DNA of 64,000 nt from Candidatus Pacearchaeota archaeon (lineage in GTDB: Archaea; Nanobdellota; Nanobdellia; Pacearchaeales; GW2011-AR1), in assembly GCA_018304985.1 (NCBI GenBank), contig JAGVWP010000003.1, positions 988-64,987 on the forward strand, given 5' to 3'. The position numbers were made by a program, and so were the translations under genes. The notes beneath the pieces were generated by a model, which saw only the letters and a program-made list of their open reading frames with translations, was not told where the DNA came from and did not search any database. Of the stretch, positions 54,189-63,401 are shown one piece after another (position 1 is the stretch's first letter; the number at the start of each line of letters is the position of its first letter).

Positions 54189-54902
54189 ATGGATTCATTT
54201 ATAAAAAAGATTTTTGATGGAAAAACAGATAATTTTGTTCATCTTCAATTTCAAAAATTCAGCAAAGGGGAGTTCAGAGACAAGGCATTAGTTTCTGTAA
54301 ATAAAATTGGAAATAGATTCTCTATAGGAACAACCTATGAATATGCAAGCGGACTTATAAGAAGTGTGGCTGAAAAACTAAAGGGTGGAGAGAAAGTTAA
54401 AGTTACAGGAGTTGTTGTTTCAACAAGGGATTTAAAGGGGCAGCTAGAATTTGAAAATATAAAACAGTTTATGGGAGTAAAACAATATGTAATTAATGGT
54501 GAATTAAGCAAGGAGCAAATTTTGGAAATTTGTGATAAATTCCAGGCCTCTTTTCTTGGGCTTTCATTTTCAGTTGGAGATACTGAATTAAAAATAAAGG
54601 CAAAAGCTCCAAAATCTGCAAAGCCAAGCACTTCTAGAGATAAGGCTCCTTCAGCAGATTTCTGCAAGCTGAAAACATTAGATGTAGAACTAGTGATGGG
54701 CCTTTTATTTGATGTTCAGAATCTTGAAAGTATTAAAAAAATATTTATAAGGCATGATTTTATAATTACAGATATTGATATTCCAAAAAATGAAAAAGAC
54801 CCTGCTAAAATAAGGGAAATGGCAATAAGAAAGGGTAAGGTTATAAGGAAAATAAGCATTGATGGTAAGGAAACATTAAAGGAAACAAAATTAGAAGCCT
54901 GA
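54189..54902 (+). CDS. hypothetical protein upstream of the r-protein operon
   Basis: 237-aa ORF with no recognisable motif. Confidence 0.4.
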   Translation: MDSFIKKIFDGKTDNFVHLQFQKFSKGEFRDKALVSVNKIGNRFSIGTTYEYASGLIRSVAEKLKGGEKVKVTGVVVSTRDLKGQLEFENIKQFMGVKQYVINGELSKEQILEICDKFQASFLGLSFSVGDTELKIKAKAPKSAKPSTSRDKAPSADFCKLKTLDVELVMGLLFDVQNLESIKKIFIRHDFIITDIDIPKNEKDPAKIREMAIRKGKVIRKISIDGKETLKETKLEA

Positions 54903-55053
54903 TCGACCATGTTTTATATAAAAACATGCAAAAGATAACCTTTATAAACGCATTTTTTCTGAATAAATTAGACTATAAAAATGCAACAAGTTTTTATAGT
55001 GATCCTTAGTTAAAGGGAGATAAAATGGTAATGATTACCTTTGTATTTAAAAA

Positions 55054-56019
55054 ATGGCAAAATTATCGAGACCTCGTAGGGGAAGTCTGCAATACTGGCC
55101 GCGAAAGCGGGCAAAAAAAATTATTCCTAGTGTGAACTGGGGAGCTATTTCTTTAAAAAATCAGGATAAAAAAATCCTTGGTTTTATTTGCTATAAAGTT
55201 GGTATGATGAGTGCCCATGCAAAGGACAATACTCCTGATTCTATGACGAAAAATAAAAGAGTTGTTTTTCCTGTAACAATCCTTGAATGTCCTCCTTTAA
55301 AGATTTCTTCTGTAAGATTCTATAAAAATAAAAAAATTGCAACAGAAATATTGTCTACTAATATTGATAAAGAATTAAAAAAAATTGCTAAATTCCCTAA
55401 ACAAAGCCAAGATAATTCCAGCAAATTAGACACTATAAAAGATTATGATGATATGCGAATTATTGTTTATTCTACAATTAAAAAAACCGGATTGAAGCAT
55501 AAGCCAGATGTTATTGAACTTGCAATTAGCGGAAATTTGGATGAGAAAATGACTTTTGTCAAAGAACATCTTAACAAAGAAATAAAAATTTCTGAAGTTT
55601 TTGGAAAAATGCAAATGGTTGATGTGCATGCCGTAACAAAGGGAAAAGGATATCAGGGAGCTGTGAAAAGATTTGGTATTGGATTGAGAAGTCATAAAGC
55701 TGAAAAAGGAGTAAGAAGGCCTGGAAGCTTAGGACCTTGGCATCCTGCAAGAGTTACTTTCAGAACACCTGAAGCAGGACAATTAGGATTTTTTACAAGA
55801 GTTTCCTACAATAGTAAAATTATAGATTTTGGAAATATTTCTGAGAAAAATATAAATCCTTCAAGCGGATTCAAGCATTTTGGGAATATAAAATCAGATT
55901 ATATTATATTAAGGGGTAGTGTGCATGGAGTTGTAAAAAGGCCTATTATTTTAACCCATACTTTAAGAAAAACTAAATATCAAGATAAGAAAAATTTTGA
56001 TCTTATCGAGTTAAGATAA
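55054..56019 (+). CDS. rpl3: ribosomal protein uL3
   Basis: RPRRGSLQYWPRKRA...HAVTKGKGYQGAVKRFG. Confidence 0.95.
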   Translation: MAKLSRPRRGSLQYWPRKRAKKIIPSVNWGAISLKNQDKKILGFICYKVGMMSAHAKDNTPDSMTKNKRVVFPVTILECPPLKISSVRFYKNKKIATEILSTNIDKELKKIAKFPKQSQDNSSKLDTIKDYDDMRIIVYSTIKKTGLKHKPDVIELAISGNLDEKMTFVKEHLNKEIKISEVFGKMQMVDVHAVTKGKGYQGAVKRFGIGLRSHKAEKGVRRPGSLGPWHPARVTFRTPEAGQLGFFTRVSYNSKIIDFGNISEKNINPSSGFKHFGNIKSDYIILRGSVHGVVKRPIILTHTLRKTKYQDKKNFDLIELR

Positions 56020-56029
56020 AAATAATAAA

Positions 56030-56779
56030 ATGAAAACAGAAATACTATCAATTGAAGGAAAGAAAATTAAAGATGTTGAACTGCCTAGCCTTTTCTCTGA
56101 AAAAATAAGGCAGGATATTGTGCAAAAAACATTTGAAGCTGAAAAAACAATTCAACCATATGCTCCTGACCGTGAAGCTGGAAAAAAACATTCAGCATCC
56201 GGAGTTATAAGGCATATAAGGCATAAGTGGAGAAGCCATTATGGAAGAGGTATTTCAAGAATACCAAGAAAAACAATGTGGAGAAGAGGAACACAGTTTT
56301 ATTGGATTGGGGCTGAAGTATCTGGAACAAGGGGTGGAAGAAGAGCACATCCTCCAAAAATAGCCCATTTTCTAAAAAATAAAAAAATAAATAAAAAAGA
56401 GTATAATATTGCCTTAAGATCAGCTATTTCTTCAACAGCTAAAGAAGACTTGGTAAAAAACAGGTATAAAAGAATTTCTGATAATACTAAAATAGAAAAA
56501 TTGCCTATTGTTGTTGAATCAAAGATAACTGAATTGAGAACGGGGCAGTTAAATGAAAGCTTAAAAAAAATTCTTGGCAATTTATCATCTATAAAAATTC
56601 TTATAATCACAGGAAATAGTGAAAAAATAAAAACAAAGGCAGTTGAAAATAAGAAAGTAAAAGAGATTAAAATAAAAGACCTTTATCCTTTGGGAAGATT
56701 AACCATTTACACTGAAAATGCAATTAAAGATCTTGAAAATATTGGTAAAGAAAATAAATCTAAGGAGAAAGAAAAATGA
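56030..56779 (+). CDS. rpl4: ribosomal protein uL4
   Basis: PYAPDREAGKKHSASG...GRGISRIPR. Confidence 0.9.
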   Translation: MKTEILSIEGKKIKDVELPSLFSEKIRQDIVQKTFEAEKTIQPYAPDREAGKKHSASGVIRHIRHKWRSHYGRGISRIPRKTMWRRGTQFYWIGAEVSGTRGGRRAHPPKIAHFLKNKKINKKEYNIALRSAISSTAKEDLVKNRYKRISDNTKIEKLPIVVESKITELRTGQLNESLKKILGNLSSIKILIITGNSEKIKTKAVENKKVKEIKIKDLYPLGRLTIYTENAIKDLENIGKENKSKEKEK

Positions 56780-57018
56780 TAAAAAAACCACTTACAACAG
56801 AGAAGGCAATAAGACTTATTGAACTTGAAAATATAATTGTATTTGAAGTTGACTCTAAAGATACTAGAACAAATATAAAAAAAGGTGTTGAAAAAATATT
56901 CAATATCAAAGTAGATAAAGTAAATGTTTTAAACAAAGGGTCAAGAAAATTCGCTTATGTTAAATTAAATAAAAAAAATCCTGCAATTGATATTGCAACT
57001 AAATTAGGGATGATTTAA
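56776..57018 (+). CDS. rpl23: ribosomal protein uL23
   Basis: ATGA overlap with rpl4. PLTTEKAIRLIELENIIVFEVD. Confidence 0.9.
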   Translation: MIKKPLTTEKAIRLIELENIIVFEVDSKDTRTNIKKGVEKIFNIKVDKVNVLNKGSRKFAYVKLNKKNPAIDIATKLGMI

Positions 57019-57030
57019 CTATAAATTAAA

Positions 57031-57759
57031 ATGGGAAAAACAATAATACAACAGGCACGAGGGCATGGAAGCCTAACATATAGAGTTAGAAGGAAAGCTT
57101 TTTCTTATAGAATAAGATATCCTAAAAGAGAAGCAAGCGGAGAGGGTGAGGTATTAAAGCTTATTCACTCCGGAGGACATTCATCTCCATTGGCAAAAAT
57201 AAAGCTAGGCGATGAGGTATTTTATAATCCGTCTGCACAAGGATTATATGAAGGCCAAAAAATTTTAGTGGATAATGATCCTGAAGCCAAAACTGGAAGT
57301 ATTTTGAAACTTAAAGATATACCTACTAAATCCCAGGTGTTTAATATTGAATCAAGATCTGGAGATGGTGGAAAATTTATAAGAACTGCTGGAGGATCTG
57401 CAATAATTACTAAAAAAGATTTTGGAAGTGTTACTCTTTTAATGCCCTCAAAACAAGAGAAAACCTTTAACGATGAATGCAGGGCAACAATAGGAGTAAT
57501 TGCCGGAAGCGGAAGAAAAGATAAACCAGTATTAAAAGCTGGGAAAATGTTTTATATCAAAAGGACTAAAAGCAAGCTATGGCCTAGAACATCTGCTGTT
57601 AAAGTAAATGCAATAGACCATCCGTTTGGATCTGGAAGAGGAAAAAACCTTGCTCATGGGGGTCTTGGAAAAATACCTAAAAGAAATGCTCCTCCAGGAG
57701 CAAATGTTGGAAGTATAAGGGCGAGAAGAACTGGAGTTAAGAAAGGAGGAGGGAAATAA
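57031..57759 (+). CDS. rpl2: ribosomal protein uL2
   Basis: GRNAIDHPFGSG-type motif (VNAIDHPFGSGRG). Confidence 0.95.
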   Translation: MGKTIIQQARGHGSLTYRVRRKAFSYRIRYPKREASGEGEVLKLIHSGGHSSPLAKIKLGDEVFYNPSAQGLYEGQKILVDNDPEAKTGSILKLKDIPTKSQVFNIESRSGDGGKFIRTAGGSAIITKKDFGSVTLLMPSKQEKTFNDECRATIGVIAGSGRKDKPVLKAGKMFYIKRTKSKLWPRTSAVKVNAIDHPFGSGRGKNLAHGGLGKIPKRNAPPGANVGSIRARRTGVKKGGGK

Positions 57760-57816
57760 TATGAAAGAAAATAAATTGGTTGCTGGATGCATAGAAACCC
57801 GCTGGAGGTTTTTATA
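57760..57816 (-). repeat. family-1-related repeat (inverted) between rpl2 and rps19
   Basis: ggttgctggatgcatagaaacccgctggaggttttt shares ggttgctggatgYataRaa with 59217 and contains an AAACC...GGTTT hairpin. Confidence 0.5.
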
Positions 57817-58224
57817 ATGACAGAAGATATAATTGAAAAGAAAAAGGAATTTATATACAGGGGGAAAAACCTTGAAGAATTAAAAAAGTTAGATGTCAGA
57901 GAATTTGCTAAATTACTTCCTTCAAGAGAAAGAAGGACTATATTAAGAAACAGTGATTTAATTGAAAGATTTGTCGCAAAATGCAAAAAATATACAGAGA
58001 ATAACAAGAATATAAGAACACATAAAAGAGAGATAATAATTGTCCCGGATATGACTAATTTAACAATATATGTCCATAATGGAAGAGTTTTTGAGCCTGT
58101 AAAAGTGGTTCCAGAAATGCTTGGACATAGACTTGGAGAATTTACACAAACAAGAAAATCAGTTAAACACGGAGCAGCGGGCATTGGAGCAACAAGAAGC
58201 TCTGCTTCAAGGAGCGTAAAGTAA
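57817..58224 (+). CDS. rps19: ribosomal protein uS19
   Basis: Start taken at MTEDIIEKKKEFIYRG. HNGRVFEPVKVVPEMLGHRLGEF. The tracked start 57787 lies in the repeat. Confidence 0.9.
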   Translation: MTEDIIEKKKEFIYRGKNLEELKKLDVREFAKLLPSRERRTILRNSDLIERFVAKCKKYTENNKNIRTHKREIIIVPDMTNLTIYVHNGRVFEPVKVVPEMLGHRLGEFTQTRKSVKHGAAGIGATRSSASRSVK

Positions 58225-58225
58225 A

Positions 58226-58591
58226 ATGAAAGATGTAAAAATGGAACCTAAATATTGTACTCTTTATTATAAGGAAGATTTTGATAATGTTGAAAATATT
58301 GGAGCTATTGTTAGAGTGATAGAATTTCCAGCAACACCTAATAGTATGATATTCGAGGGTAAAATCGGAGAAAAATATGGTTTTATGGAAATAGATAGGC
58401 AATCAAGAAGGGGTGAAAGGAAAGATCAACAAATAATCTTAAGTTTGAGATGTCCGCTTAACGAATTAAATTTATCGGATGATAATGAAATTATATTACA
58501 TCCAAATTGGGAGATGGTAGAATATAGGCCTGGTTCAAAAGAATATAATGATAAATTTGAGATGGTAAGAAATCTTTATAGGGAAATATAA
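58226..58591 (+). CDS. unknown 121-aa protein inserted between rps19 and rpl22
   Basis: Starts 1 nt after the rps19 stop and ends 1 nt before the rpl22 start. No r-protein motif recognised. Confidence 0.6.
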   Translation: MKDVKMEPKYCTLYYKEDFDNVENIGAIVRVIEFPATPNSMIFEGKIGEKYGFMEIDRQSRRGERKDQQIILSLRCPLNELNLSDDNEIILHPNWEMVEYRPGSKEYNDKFEMVRNLYREI

Positions 58592-58592
58592 A

Positions 58593-59213
58593 ATGGCAGA
58601 CGAACAATTAAAACAGCAAAGAATTCCTAAGGAGAAAGCAGGAAAAGAAATAAAGAATAAGGAATATATAGCTCAGGCTTCAAAAGCTGCTGGAAAGCTT
58701 GAAAAAGAAAATGTTAATGATAAAAAAATTGATAAAACAGAAGAGAGTAAAGCTGAAGAAGTAAAAGAACAAGTCAAGAAAAAAGATGAAAAGAAAATAA
58801 AAAGAACAGAAGCAACTATTTATGGAAGAAATTTGCCGATATCATTGAGACATAGTGTTGCAATAGGCAGATTTATCAGAAATAAAAAGATTCCTGCTGC
58901 AATATCTGACTTAGAGAAAGTTATAAAGAAGAAAGTGGCTATTCCAGTAGTCGGAGAGATGGCTCATAGAAGAGGAAAAGGAATGATGTCTGGAAAATAT
59001 CATGTTAATGCTTCAAAGGAATTCATAAATTTGCTGAAAACACTTTCTGCAAACAGCAGTGTTAATGGCATGGATTTGGATAGAACAATAATTTATGAGA
59101 CCATTCCAAATAAAGCTCCAGTACAGCATCATAGGTTTGGAAGCACAAAATTCAAGCGAACTCATGTTTTAATAAAAGCAAAAGAAATGGAGAGAGAAAA
59201 TGATAAAAAATAA
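58593..59213 (+). CDS. rpl22: ribosomal protein uL22 with a K/E-rich N-terminal extension of about 70 aa
   Basis: The core ATIYGRNLPISLRHSVAIGRFIRNKKI...HRRGKGMMSGKY is preceded by MADEQLKQQRIPKEKAGKEIKNKE...KKKDEKKIKR. Confidence 0.85.
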   Translation: MADEQLKQQRIPKEKAGKEIKNKEYIAQASKAAGKLEKENVNDKKIDKTEESKAEEVKEQVKKKDEKKIKRTEATIYGRNLPISLRHSVAIGRFIRNKKIPAAISDLEKVIKKKVAIPVVGEMAHRRGKGMMSGKYHVNASKEFINLLKTLSANSSVNGMDLDRTIIYETIPNKAPVQHHRFGSTKFKRTHVLIKAKEMERENDKK

Positions 59214-59324
59214 TGTGGTTGCTGGATGTATAAAAGTAAATGAAAGGAGAGTTCATAAAGAAAACCATTGGCTATTAAAAGGAAAGTTTGATAAAGAAAA
59301 CCTTGGTTGTCTTTATTTTTTATA
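59214..59324 (-). repeat. family-1 hairpin repeat, 2 units, inverted, between rpl22 and rps3
   Basis: Reverse complement reads aaaaaataaagacaaccaaggttttctttatcaaactttccttttaatagccaatggttttctttatgaactctcctttcat. Confidence 0.7.
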
Positions 59325-59936
59325 ATGGAAGAGAGAAAATTTGTCAGCTTCAAAAAAGATGAATTTAAAGTCAAAGAATTTGTAAAATTATATTTGGGAA
59401 AAGGAAAAGTAAGCAAGGTTAATATCGAATATACTCCTGTAGGAGAAAAAGTGGTTATGCTTACAAGCAAGCCGGGATTAATAATCGGACGTGGGGGAGA
59501 AAAAATAGAAAAGCTTACAGAAGTTTTAAAGAAAAGATTTAATTTAGAAAATCCCCATATTGAAATTCAGGAGATAAAAGACAGAAACCTTGATGCGCAG
59601 GCAGTTGCAGATGAAATTGCAATAGGCCTTGAGAATACAGGGCCTATAAAATTCAAGATAGTGGCATATAAGCTGCTTCAGGAAATAATTAATGCTGGAG
59701 CATTGGGAGCTGAAATAAAACTGGCCGGAAAGCTTCCAAGCGAGAGAGCTAAAACTTGGAGATTTAAAAAAGGATATTTGAAAAAAGTTGGAGACAGCGC
59801 AAAAGTAGTTGATACTGCAACAGCTGTTGCAAGAACAAGGCCTGGAACAGTCGGAATCAGTGTAAGCATTCTTCATCCAGATGCAAAGATACATGATCAA
59901 ATTAAATTGGTAAAAATTGATCCAAATAAAAAATGA
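59325..59936 (+). CDS. rps3: ribosomal protein uS3
   Basis: Start taken at MEERKFVSFKK. KH domain GLIIGRGGEKIEKL. The tracked start 59307 lies in the repeat. Confidence 0.9.
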   Translation: MEERKFVSFKKDEFKVKEFVKLYLGKGKVSKVNIEYTPVGEKVVMLTSKPGLIIGRGGEKIEKLTEVLKKRFNLENPHIEIQEIKDRNLDAQAVADEIAIGLENTGPIKFKIVAYKLLQEIINAGALGAEIKLAGKLPSERAKTWRFKKGYLKKVGDSAKVVDTATAVARTRPGTVGISVSILHPDAKIHDQIKLVKIDPNKK

Positions 59937-60130
59937 CAAAGTTTAAAGAGCTATCAAAGCTGACAAAAGATGAAGTAAACAATGAAATAAATGAAATAAA
60001 AGTAGAACTTATAAAAGCCAGAGTTGCAGCAAAGAAGGGCGGAAAAGTAAAGATAAGAGATATTAAAAAAACATTATCAAAATTGTTAATGATCCAAAAA
60101 CAAAAAACAAACATGATTAAAAAATCATAA
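59933..60130 (+). CDS. rpl29: ribosomal protein uL29
   Basis: 65 aa in the conserved position. ELSKLTKDEVNNEINEIKVEL. Confidence 0.85.
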   Translation: MTKFKELSKLTKDEVNNEINEIKVELIKARVAAKKGGKVKIRDIKKTLSKLLMIQKQKTNMIKKS

Positions 60131-60131
60131 T

Positions 60132-60431
60132 ATGGATATATGTCCAAAATGCGGCCTGCCAAAACAGGCATGTGTGTGCGAAGAAATCGCAAAAAGTGAA
60201 CAGAGAATCCAAGTTACAACAATAAAGAAAAAATTCGGAAAGATTGTAACCTTGGTGTCAGGAATTGAGAAAGGAATTGACATCAAGAAAATCGCAAGGG
60301 AGCTAAAAGAACAGCTAGGATGCGGCGGCACAATAAAAGACAATGTGATTGAGCTTCAGGGAGATCACAGAAGAAAAATAAAGCCAATCCTGGTTTCACT
60401 TGGATTTTCAGAAAACACAATAATAATATAA
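60132..60431 (+). CDS. sui1: translation initiation factor SUI1 (aIF1)
   Basis: CPKCGLPKQACVCEE...RELKEQLGCGGTIKDNVIELQGDHR. Confidence 0.9.
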   Translation: MDICPKCGLPKQACVCEEIAKSEQRIQVTTIKKKFGKIVTLVSGIEKGIDIKKIARELKEQLGCGGTIKDNVIELQGDHRRKIKPILVSLGFSENTIII

Positions 60432-60450
60432 ACCTCACACAAAAAACAAA

Positions 60451-60831
60451 ATGGAAAAAAACAACAAAGTTAAAGGGAAAGATGGAAAAGTGAAAAACTT
60501 AGTTGAAACTATGGAAAAAGTTCAAGTATATTCTCTTAGAGGAAGAAAATTTGAGGGTTATGTAATAAGAAAGTTTGACAAAAGAGTTACTATAGAATTT
60601 GAGAGAGTAAAATTTGTCAGAAAATATGAAAGATACCTTAAAACAAAAACAAAACTTCATGCAAGGCTTCCTGAATCTCTTAAAAATGAAATTAATATTG
60701 GAGATTACATACAAATAATGGAATGCAGGCCATTGAGCAAGATAATACATTTTGTTGCTGTTAAAAAAATAAGAGAAGCCGATGATAAAATGAAAAAGAA
60801 AATGCAAGAAAATAAGGAGAAAAGAAAATGA
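60451..60831 (+). CDS. rps17: ribosomal protein uS17
   Basis: GDYIQIMECRPLSKIIHFVAV. Confidence 0.9.
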   Translation: MEKNNKVKGKDGKVKNLVETMEKVQVYSLRGRKFEGYVIRKFDKRVTIEFERVKFVRKYERYLKTKTKLHARLPESLKNEINIGDYIQIMECRPLSKIIHFVAVKKIREADDKMKKKMQENKEKRK

Positions 60832-61229
60832 AAGCAATATCTGCAAGAATAACGCGTGGATTAAATATTGGAAGCATGCTCACTGCAGCAGATAACAGCG
60901 GGGCACAGATAGTCAGAATTGTGGGAGTAAAAAAAGGAAAGACCACAAAAAAAAGACAGCAACCTGCAAAAGTTGCAGACTGGGTTAAGGTAAGCGTAAG
61001 AGTTGGGAAACCAGAAATTAAAGGTCAGGTATTTGATGCTGTTGTTTTAAGGCAGAGAAAGCCATGGGTAAGAAAAACCGGAGAGAGAATAGCCTTCAGT
61101 GATAATGCTGTTGCTTTATTAAAGGATGAAAAAGGAAATCCTAAAGGAACACAGATTAAAGGGCCTGTTGCAAGAGAAATTTTAGAAAGATGGCCAAGCG
61201 TAGCTAAAATTGCGAGGATAATTGTATGA
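60828..61229 (+). CDS. rpl14: ribosomal protein uL14
   Basis: LTAADNSGAQIVRIVGV...FSDNAVALL. Confidence 0.95.
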   Translation: MKAISARITRGLNIGSMLTAADNSGAQIVRIVGVKKGKTTKKRQQPAKVADWVKVSVRVGKPEIKGQVFDAVVLRQRKPWVRKTGERIAFSDNAVALLKDEKGNPKGTQIKGPVAREILERWPSVAKIARIIV

Positions 61230-61289
61230 ACCTTTTAAAAATAAACATTTAAAAAGACAAGCAAAAAACCTTAAGGTTTTAAAGGTTTC
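61228..61289 (+). repeat. family-3 nested hairpin element between rpl14 and rpl24
   Basis: 61253-61293 is identical (41 nt) to 30695-30735. The outer stem AACCTTT/AAAGGTT overlaps the rpl14 stop codon. Confidence 0.7.
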
Positions 61290-61309
61290 CAAAATCAATA
61301 AAATAAAAA

Positions 61310-61738
61310 ATGAAACAAAAATTTTCAGCTTCATGGAAAGGAAGCAGACAGGTAAGAAAACAGAGAAAATACCTAGTAAATGCTCCAATTAATGTTAGAA
61401 AGTTGATGAGCGCTAATTTAAGCAAAAGCTTAAGAAAGGAACATGGGAAAAGAAATGTGCCGATAAGAAAAGGAGATGAAGCAAAAGTTATGGTAGGAGA
61501 ATTTAAGAAAAAAACTGGAAAGATTAATATTATTGATTTTAAAAATAAAAGAGTTGCAATTGAAGGTATACAAAGAAAAAAGAAGGATGGAGCAAAGCTA
61601 AATGTATGGTTTAACCCCTCAAACCTTCAGATTCAGGTCTTAAACTTAGATGATAAGAAAAGGCTTGAAATGATCAAGAGAAAAGCTACTCAACAACAGA
61701 TAAAAAATACTGAAAAGAAAAAACCGGAGAAAAAATAA
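61310..61738 (+). CDS. rpl24: ribosomal protein uL24
   Basis: KOW motif IRKGDEAKVMVGEFKKKTGKI. Confidence 0.9.
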   Translation: MKQKFSASWKGSRQVRKQRKYLVNAPINVRKLMSANLSKSLRKEHGKRNVPIRKGDEAKVMVGEFKKKTGKINIIDFKNKRVAIEGIQRKKKDGAKLNVWFNPSNLQIQVLNLDDKKRLEMIKRKATQQQIKNTEKKKPEKK

Positions 61739-61739
61739 A

Positions 61740-61922
61740 ATGCAAAAGACACAACATGATGGAGATTGTACAATATATTCAGTTTTAGCAAATCATCTCC
61801 CAAGAGACGGAATATGCATTTGTGGATATGGGTTAGAATTATTAAGAGAAAAAGTTGATGTATCAGAATTATATTCAAAAGAATTACAAAGTAAATTATT
61901 TTTAAATAAGGAAATAAGATAA
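61740..61922 (+). CDS. unknown 60-aa Cys-containing protein inserted between rpl24 and rps4e
   Basis: Starts 1 nt after the rpl24 stop and ends 4 nt before the rps4e start. DGDCTIY...PRDGICICGYG. Confidence 0.45.
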   Translation: MQKTQHDGDCTIYSVLANHLPRDGICICGYGLELLREKVDVSELYSKELQSKLFLNKEIR

Positions 61923-61926
61923 TAAA

Positions 61927-62568
61927 ATGCATATAACAAGGCATAATACAAGCAAGAGATGGCCAATACCTAGAAAAGGCACAAAATATTTAGTTTTTCC
62001 AAGCAGAGGAAATAATGATTCCATACCATTATTAATTATTATGAGAGAAATACTTGGGATTGTTAAAACAAGAAAAGAATTAAAAAAGATATTAAATGAA
62101 AATAAGATACTAGTAAATGGAAGAATAATTAAAGAGGATAAAACCTCTCTTGCTCTTTTTGATGTTATTTCAATAGGCAGTTTAAATAAAAATTATAAAT
62201 TAATATTCTCTGATAAAGGAAAATTCTCCCTTGTTGAAATAAAGGATAATGAAGCGTCAAGCAAGATATGCAAAATAATTGGAAAAAATATGCTTAAAGG
62301 AAAGAAAATCCAAATTAATTTCAATGATGGAAGAAATTTGATATCCAAAGAATCAGTCAATATTGGTGATTCTGCTATAATCGGTTTCAAAGAGAAGAAA
62401 ATAGAAAAAATACTCCCAGTAAAAGAAAAATCAAAAGTTCTTATCATAAAAGGAAAGCATCTTGGAGATATTGGAGAGATAATCAGCATCAATAATAATA
62501 AAATAACTGTTAAAAATAAGGAAAGAGAATTTGAAACAGTGAATAAGGAGGTAATTGTAATAAATTGA
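61927..62568 (+). CDS. rps4e: ribosomal protein eS4
   Basis: HITRHNTSKRWPIPRKGTKY...LVNGRIIKEDK. Confidence 0.9.
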   Translation: MHITRHNTSKRWPIPRKGTKYLVFPSRGNNDSIPLLIIMREILGIVKTRKELKKILNENKILVNGRIIKEDKTSLALFDVISIGSLNKNYKLIFSDKGKFSLVEIKDNEASSKICKIIGKNMLKGKKIQINFNDGRNLISKESVNIGDSAIIGFKEKKIEKILPVKEKSKVLIIKGKHLGDIGEIISINNNKITVKNKEREFETVNKEVIVIN

Positions 62569-62573
62569 TTGTT

Positions 62574-63083
62574 ATGGCAAACAAAGAAAATTCAATGAGG
62601 GAAGTAAGAATAGAGAAGATAATACTATCGTGCGGAGGAGTAAAAGACGAGCTGGAAAAATCCATTAAACTATTGAAAAAAATAAGCAAAAAAACTCCTG
62701 TAAGAAAAATGACTTACAAAAGGATACCCACATTTGGCATAAGGCCAAAATTAGAGGTTGGATGCATGGTTACAATTAGGGGTGATGAAGCAATAGCATT
62801 ATTAAAAAGGCTATTAGCTGCTGTTGAAAACAATCTTAGAAAGAAACAAATTCAGGAAAATTTTTTTTCATTTGGCATAGCAGAATATATTGAAATCCCT
62901 GGAGAAGAATATGACCGAGAAATTGGAATGATTGGATTCAGCACAACAGTAGTCTTCTCAAGAAAAGGCAGAAGAGTTTTAATAAGAAGGATTAAAAAAA
63001 GCAAAATATCAAAAAAACAGCATGTTTCAAAACAGGAAATAATCAAGTTTATGGAGGAAAACTTTAATACAAAAATTAAATAA
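62574..63083 (+). CDS. rpl5: ribosomal protein uL5
   Basis: ATG at 62574 (the tracked TTG at 62565 is also possible). MREVRIEKIILSCGG. Confidence 0.9.
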   Translation: MANKENSMREVRIEKIILSCGGVKDELEKSIKLLKKISKKTPVRKMTYKRIPTFGIRPKLEVGCMVTIRGDEAIALLKRLLAAVENNLRKKQIQENFFSFGIAEYIEIPGEEYDREIGMIGFSTTVVFSRKGRRVLIRRIKKSKISKKQHVSKQEIIKFMEENFNTKIK

Positions 63084-63087
63084 AAAT

Positions 63088-63112
63088 GAACCTTTTAAAA
63101 ATCAAAAGGTTC
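63088..63112 (+). repeat. family-3-like hairpin between rpl5 and rps14
   Basis: GAACCTTTT-aaaaatc-AAAAGGTTC, a perfect 9-bp stem. Confidence 0.6.
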
Positions 63113-63151
63113 CCAAAATAATATAATAAAATTAAATAAAAATAAACGAAA

Positions 63152-63382
63152 ATGACTGCAAGCGACTGGAGAAAATTATACAAACAATTGAAAAATAAGC
63201 CAGCTATAGCCAGAAAATTCCTTAAGCATAACAAGCCAAAAGACAGGAAATTTGGAGCATCAATAAAGAAATGCGAAAGATGCGGAAGAATAGGGGCGCA
63301 TGTTGGACAATATGGATTAAATTACTGCAGGCAATGCTTCAGAGAAATAGCGGAGGAAATCGGATTTAAAAAATATTCATAG
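63152..63382 (+). CDS. rps14: ribosomal protein uS14 (zinc type)
   Basis: [25 protein letters not shown]. Confidence 0.9.
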   Translation: MTASDWRKLYKQLKNKPAIARKFLKHNKPKDRKFGASIKKCERCGRIGAHVGQYGLNYCRQCFREIAEEIGFKKYS

Positions 63383-63401
63383 GATAAAAATAAAAAACAA
63401 A

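Noticed and set aside
57654-58184. 176-aa minus-strand ORF antisense to rpl2 and rps19, and similar antisense ORFs (e.g. 27091-27438, 27823-28161, 35940-36269, 39040-39357, 52058-52615, 59544-59939, 60499-60846)
   Set aside because: They lie entirely opposite confidently identified genes and have low-complexity or codon-mirror composition with no motifs. They are typical shadow ORFs.
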